17,380 nucleotides of DNA from an uncultured bacterium. Lineage in GTDB: Bacteria; Hydrogenedentota; Hydrogenedentia; Hydrogenedentales; JAEUWI01. The notes under the pieces are model-generated. The model was given only the letters and a program-made list of their open reading frames with translations, searched no databases and was not told the origin of the DNA. Numbering within the stretch: the stretch's first letter is position 1; each line of letters opens with the position of its first letter. Both the position numbers and the translations under genes were made by a program. This document shows positions 16,605 to 17,380 of the stretch, piece by piece. The stretch is from the NCBI GenBank assembly GCA_963977445.1, contig CAXBPH010000143.1, positions 1 through 17,380 on the forward strand, written 5' to 3'.

Positions 16605-17380
16605 CTACCGCCCGCGTGAATTTCCACGGGACGTACTGGGGGTACGGCCAGCGGATGCGCTGCTGCGCGATGACGACGGGGAGCTTACGCTGCGCGACGT
16701 TGTTTGACGCGAAGGTGACGAAGGGCGCGCGGTGGGCTGAGGAGCCCGGGGCGTGCTTACCGAGCGGGATGGCGCGGGGGCCGTGTTCCGCGATGGGGCC
16801 ACATTTCTGGGAGCTTCATAACTCCGTCCCTGGGGAGGTGACACCGATCGGTTGGACGTAGTCGCACGGGGTTGTGGTGCGGTCTGGCGTGGCGCTGTAA
16901 CACGCGACGGGGCACTGTTTCGTGTTGACTCCTGGTAGCTCCGCGATGGGGCCGGTGTAGTCGCACGGGAAGTACCGCGGGACGGGGCCTGGGTGCGCGT
17001 CGGCGCTTCATAGCTCCGCGGTGCTACCGTGCGGGTCTGGGACCGGCTCGACGTGGCTGCGCTGGCGTTGCGGTTGGAGGAACCGGTGCTGACGTCTCGT
17101 GACCGACTGCTTCCAGAGCGGTCCGCAGGTTCCGTCCGCGCTGTCTCGGTTCTGCCACTGCTAGTCGTGCGGCTGGGCGTACGGCCGTAGGTGGTTATCC
17201 GGGAAGGCGCATCAAAGGAGTCGCTTCTGGGGTCGATATCGGTCCGCTGCGGGGCCGTCGAACGGGAGCTGGTACGTCCTGAAGCGTTCGTCCGTTCCGG
17301 GGTGGTGCTGCGGGTTGCGGTAGTGCGTCCTGAAGCGTTCGTCCGTTCCGGGGTGGTGCTGCGGGTTGCGGTAGTGCGTC
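16605..17380 (-). CDS. 3' part of a gene with a long Ser/Arg/Thr/Pro-rich disordered C-terminus; 5'-truncated
   Basis: Hand translation shows the frame of the 79-aa track ORF is open from the window end to TAG 16605 (about 257 codons): ..RTTATRSTTPERTNASGRTSSRSTAPQRTDIDPRS..APRSYEAPTRTQAPSR..RSYEAPRNVAPSR..SRGNSRGR*. Confidence 0.8.
   Translation of the reverse strand, partial: RTTATRSTTPERTNASGRTTATRSTTPERTNASGRTSSRSTAPQRTDIDPRSDSFDAPSRITTYGRTPSRTTSSGRTETARTEPADRSGSSRSRDVSTGSSNRNASAATSSRSQTRTVAPRSYEAPTRTQAPSRGTSRATTPAPSRSYQESTRNSAPSRVTAPRQTAPQPRATTSNRSVSPPQGRSYEAPRNVAPSRNTAPAPSRSVSTPRAPQPTARPSSPSRQTTSRSVSSPSSSRSSASAGRTPSTSRGNSRGR
17275..17380. repeat. Exact 51-bp coding tandem repeat (at least 2 copies)
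   Basis: The unit CGTCCTGAAGCGTTCGTCCGTTCCGGGGTGGTGCTGCGGGTTGCGGTAGTG starts at 17275 and 17326, and a third copy begins at 17377. It encodes the 17-aa repeat RTTATRSTTPERTNASG. Confidence 0.95.

Noticed and set aside
17275..17380. Direct repeat as a possible CRISPR array
   Set aside because: The copies are contiguous with no spacers, the period is a multiple of three, it lies in an open frame, and no cas genes are present.

Overview
This is a GC-rich bacterial chromosomal window with 14 supportable genes, two of them truncated by the window edges. I found no RNA gene, CRISPR array or mobile element. Recognisable housekeeping and repair genes are a DUF89/ARMT1-type phosphatase, a DUF456 membrane protein, a Cys-type sulfatase, uvrC, a small multidrug-export-type membrane protein, a stand-alone nnrD translationally coupled to thiL, and an AhpC/TSA-type redoxin. 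The unusual content is protein architecture. (1) An orphan fusion of an apparently catalytically dead CheD-like domain to a CheR-type SAM methyltransferase, with no other chemotaxis gene in the window. (2) A full-length GH2-like protein that appears to lack both catalytic glutamates. (3) A membrane-anchored serine alpha/beta hydrolase with a basic, histone-H1-like tail. (4) A lipoprotein built from (Y/F)xxG repeats. (5) A long Ser/Arg/Thr/Pro disordered tail with an exact 51-bp tandem repeat at the window end. Several sigma70-like promoters are visible, and two suggest leaderless mRNAs (uvrC, nnrD). All family calls come from motif recognition by eye; no database search was run.
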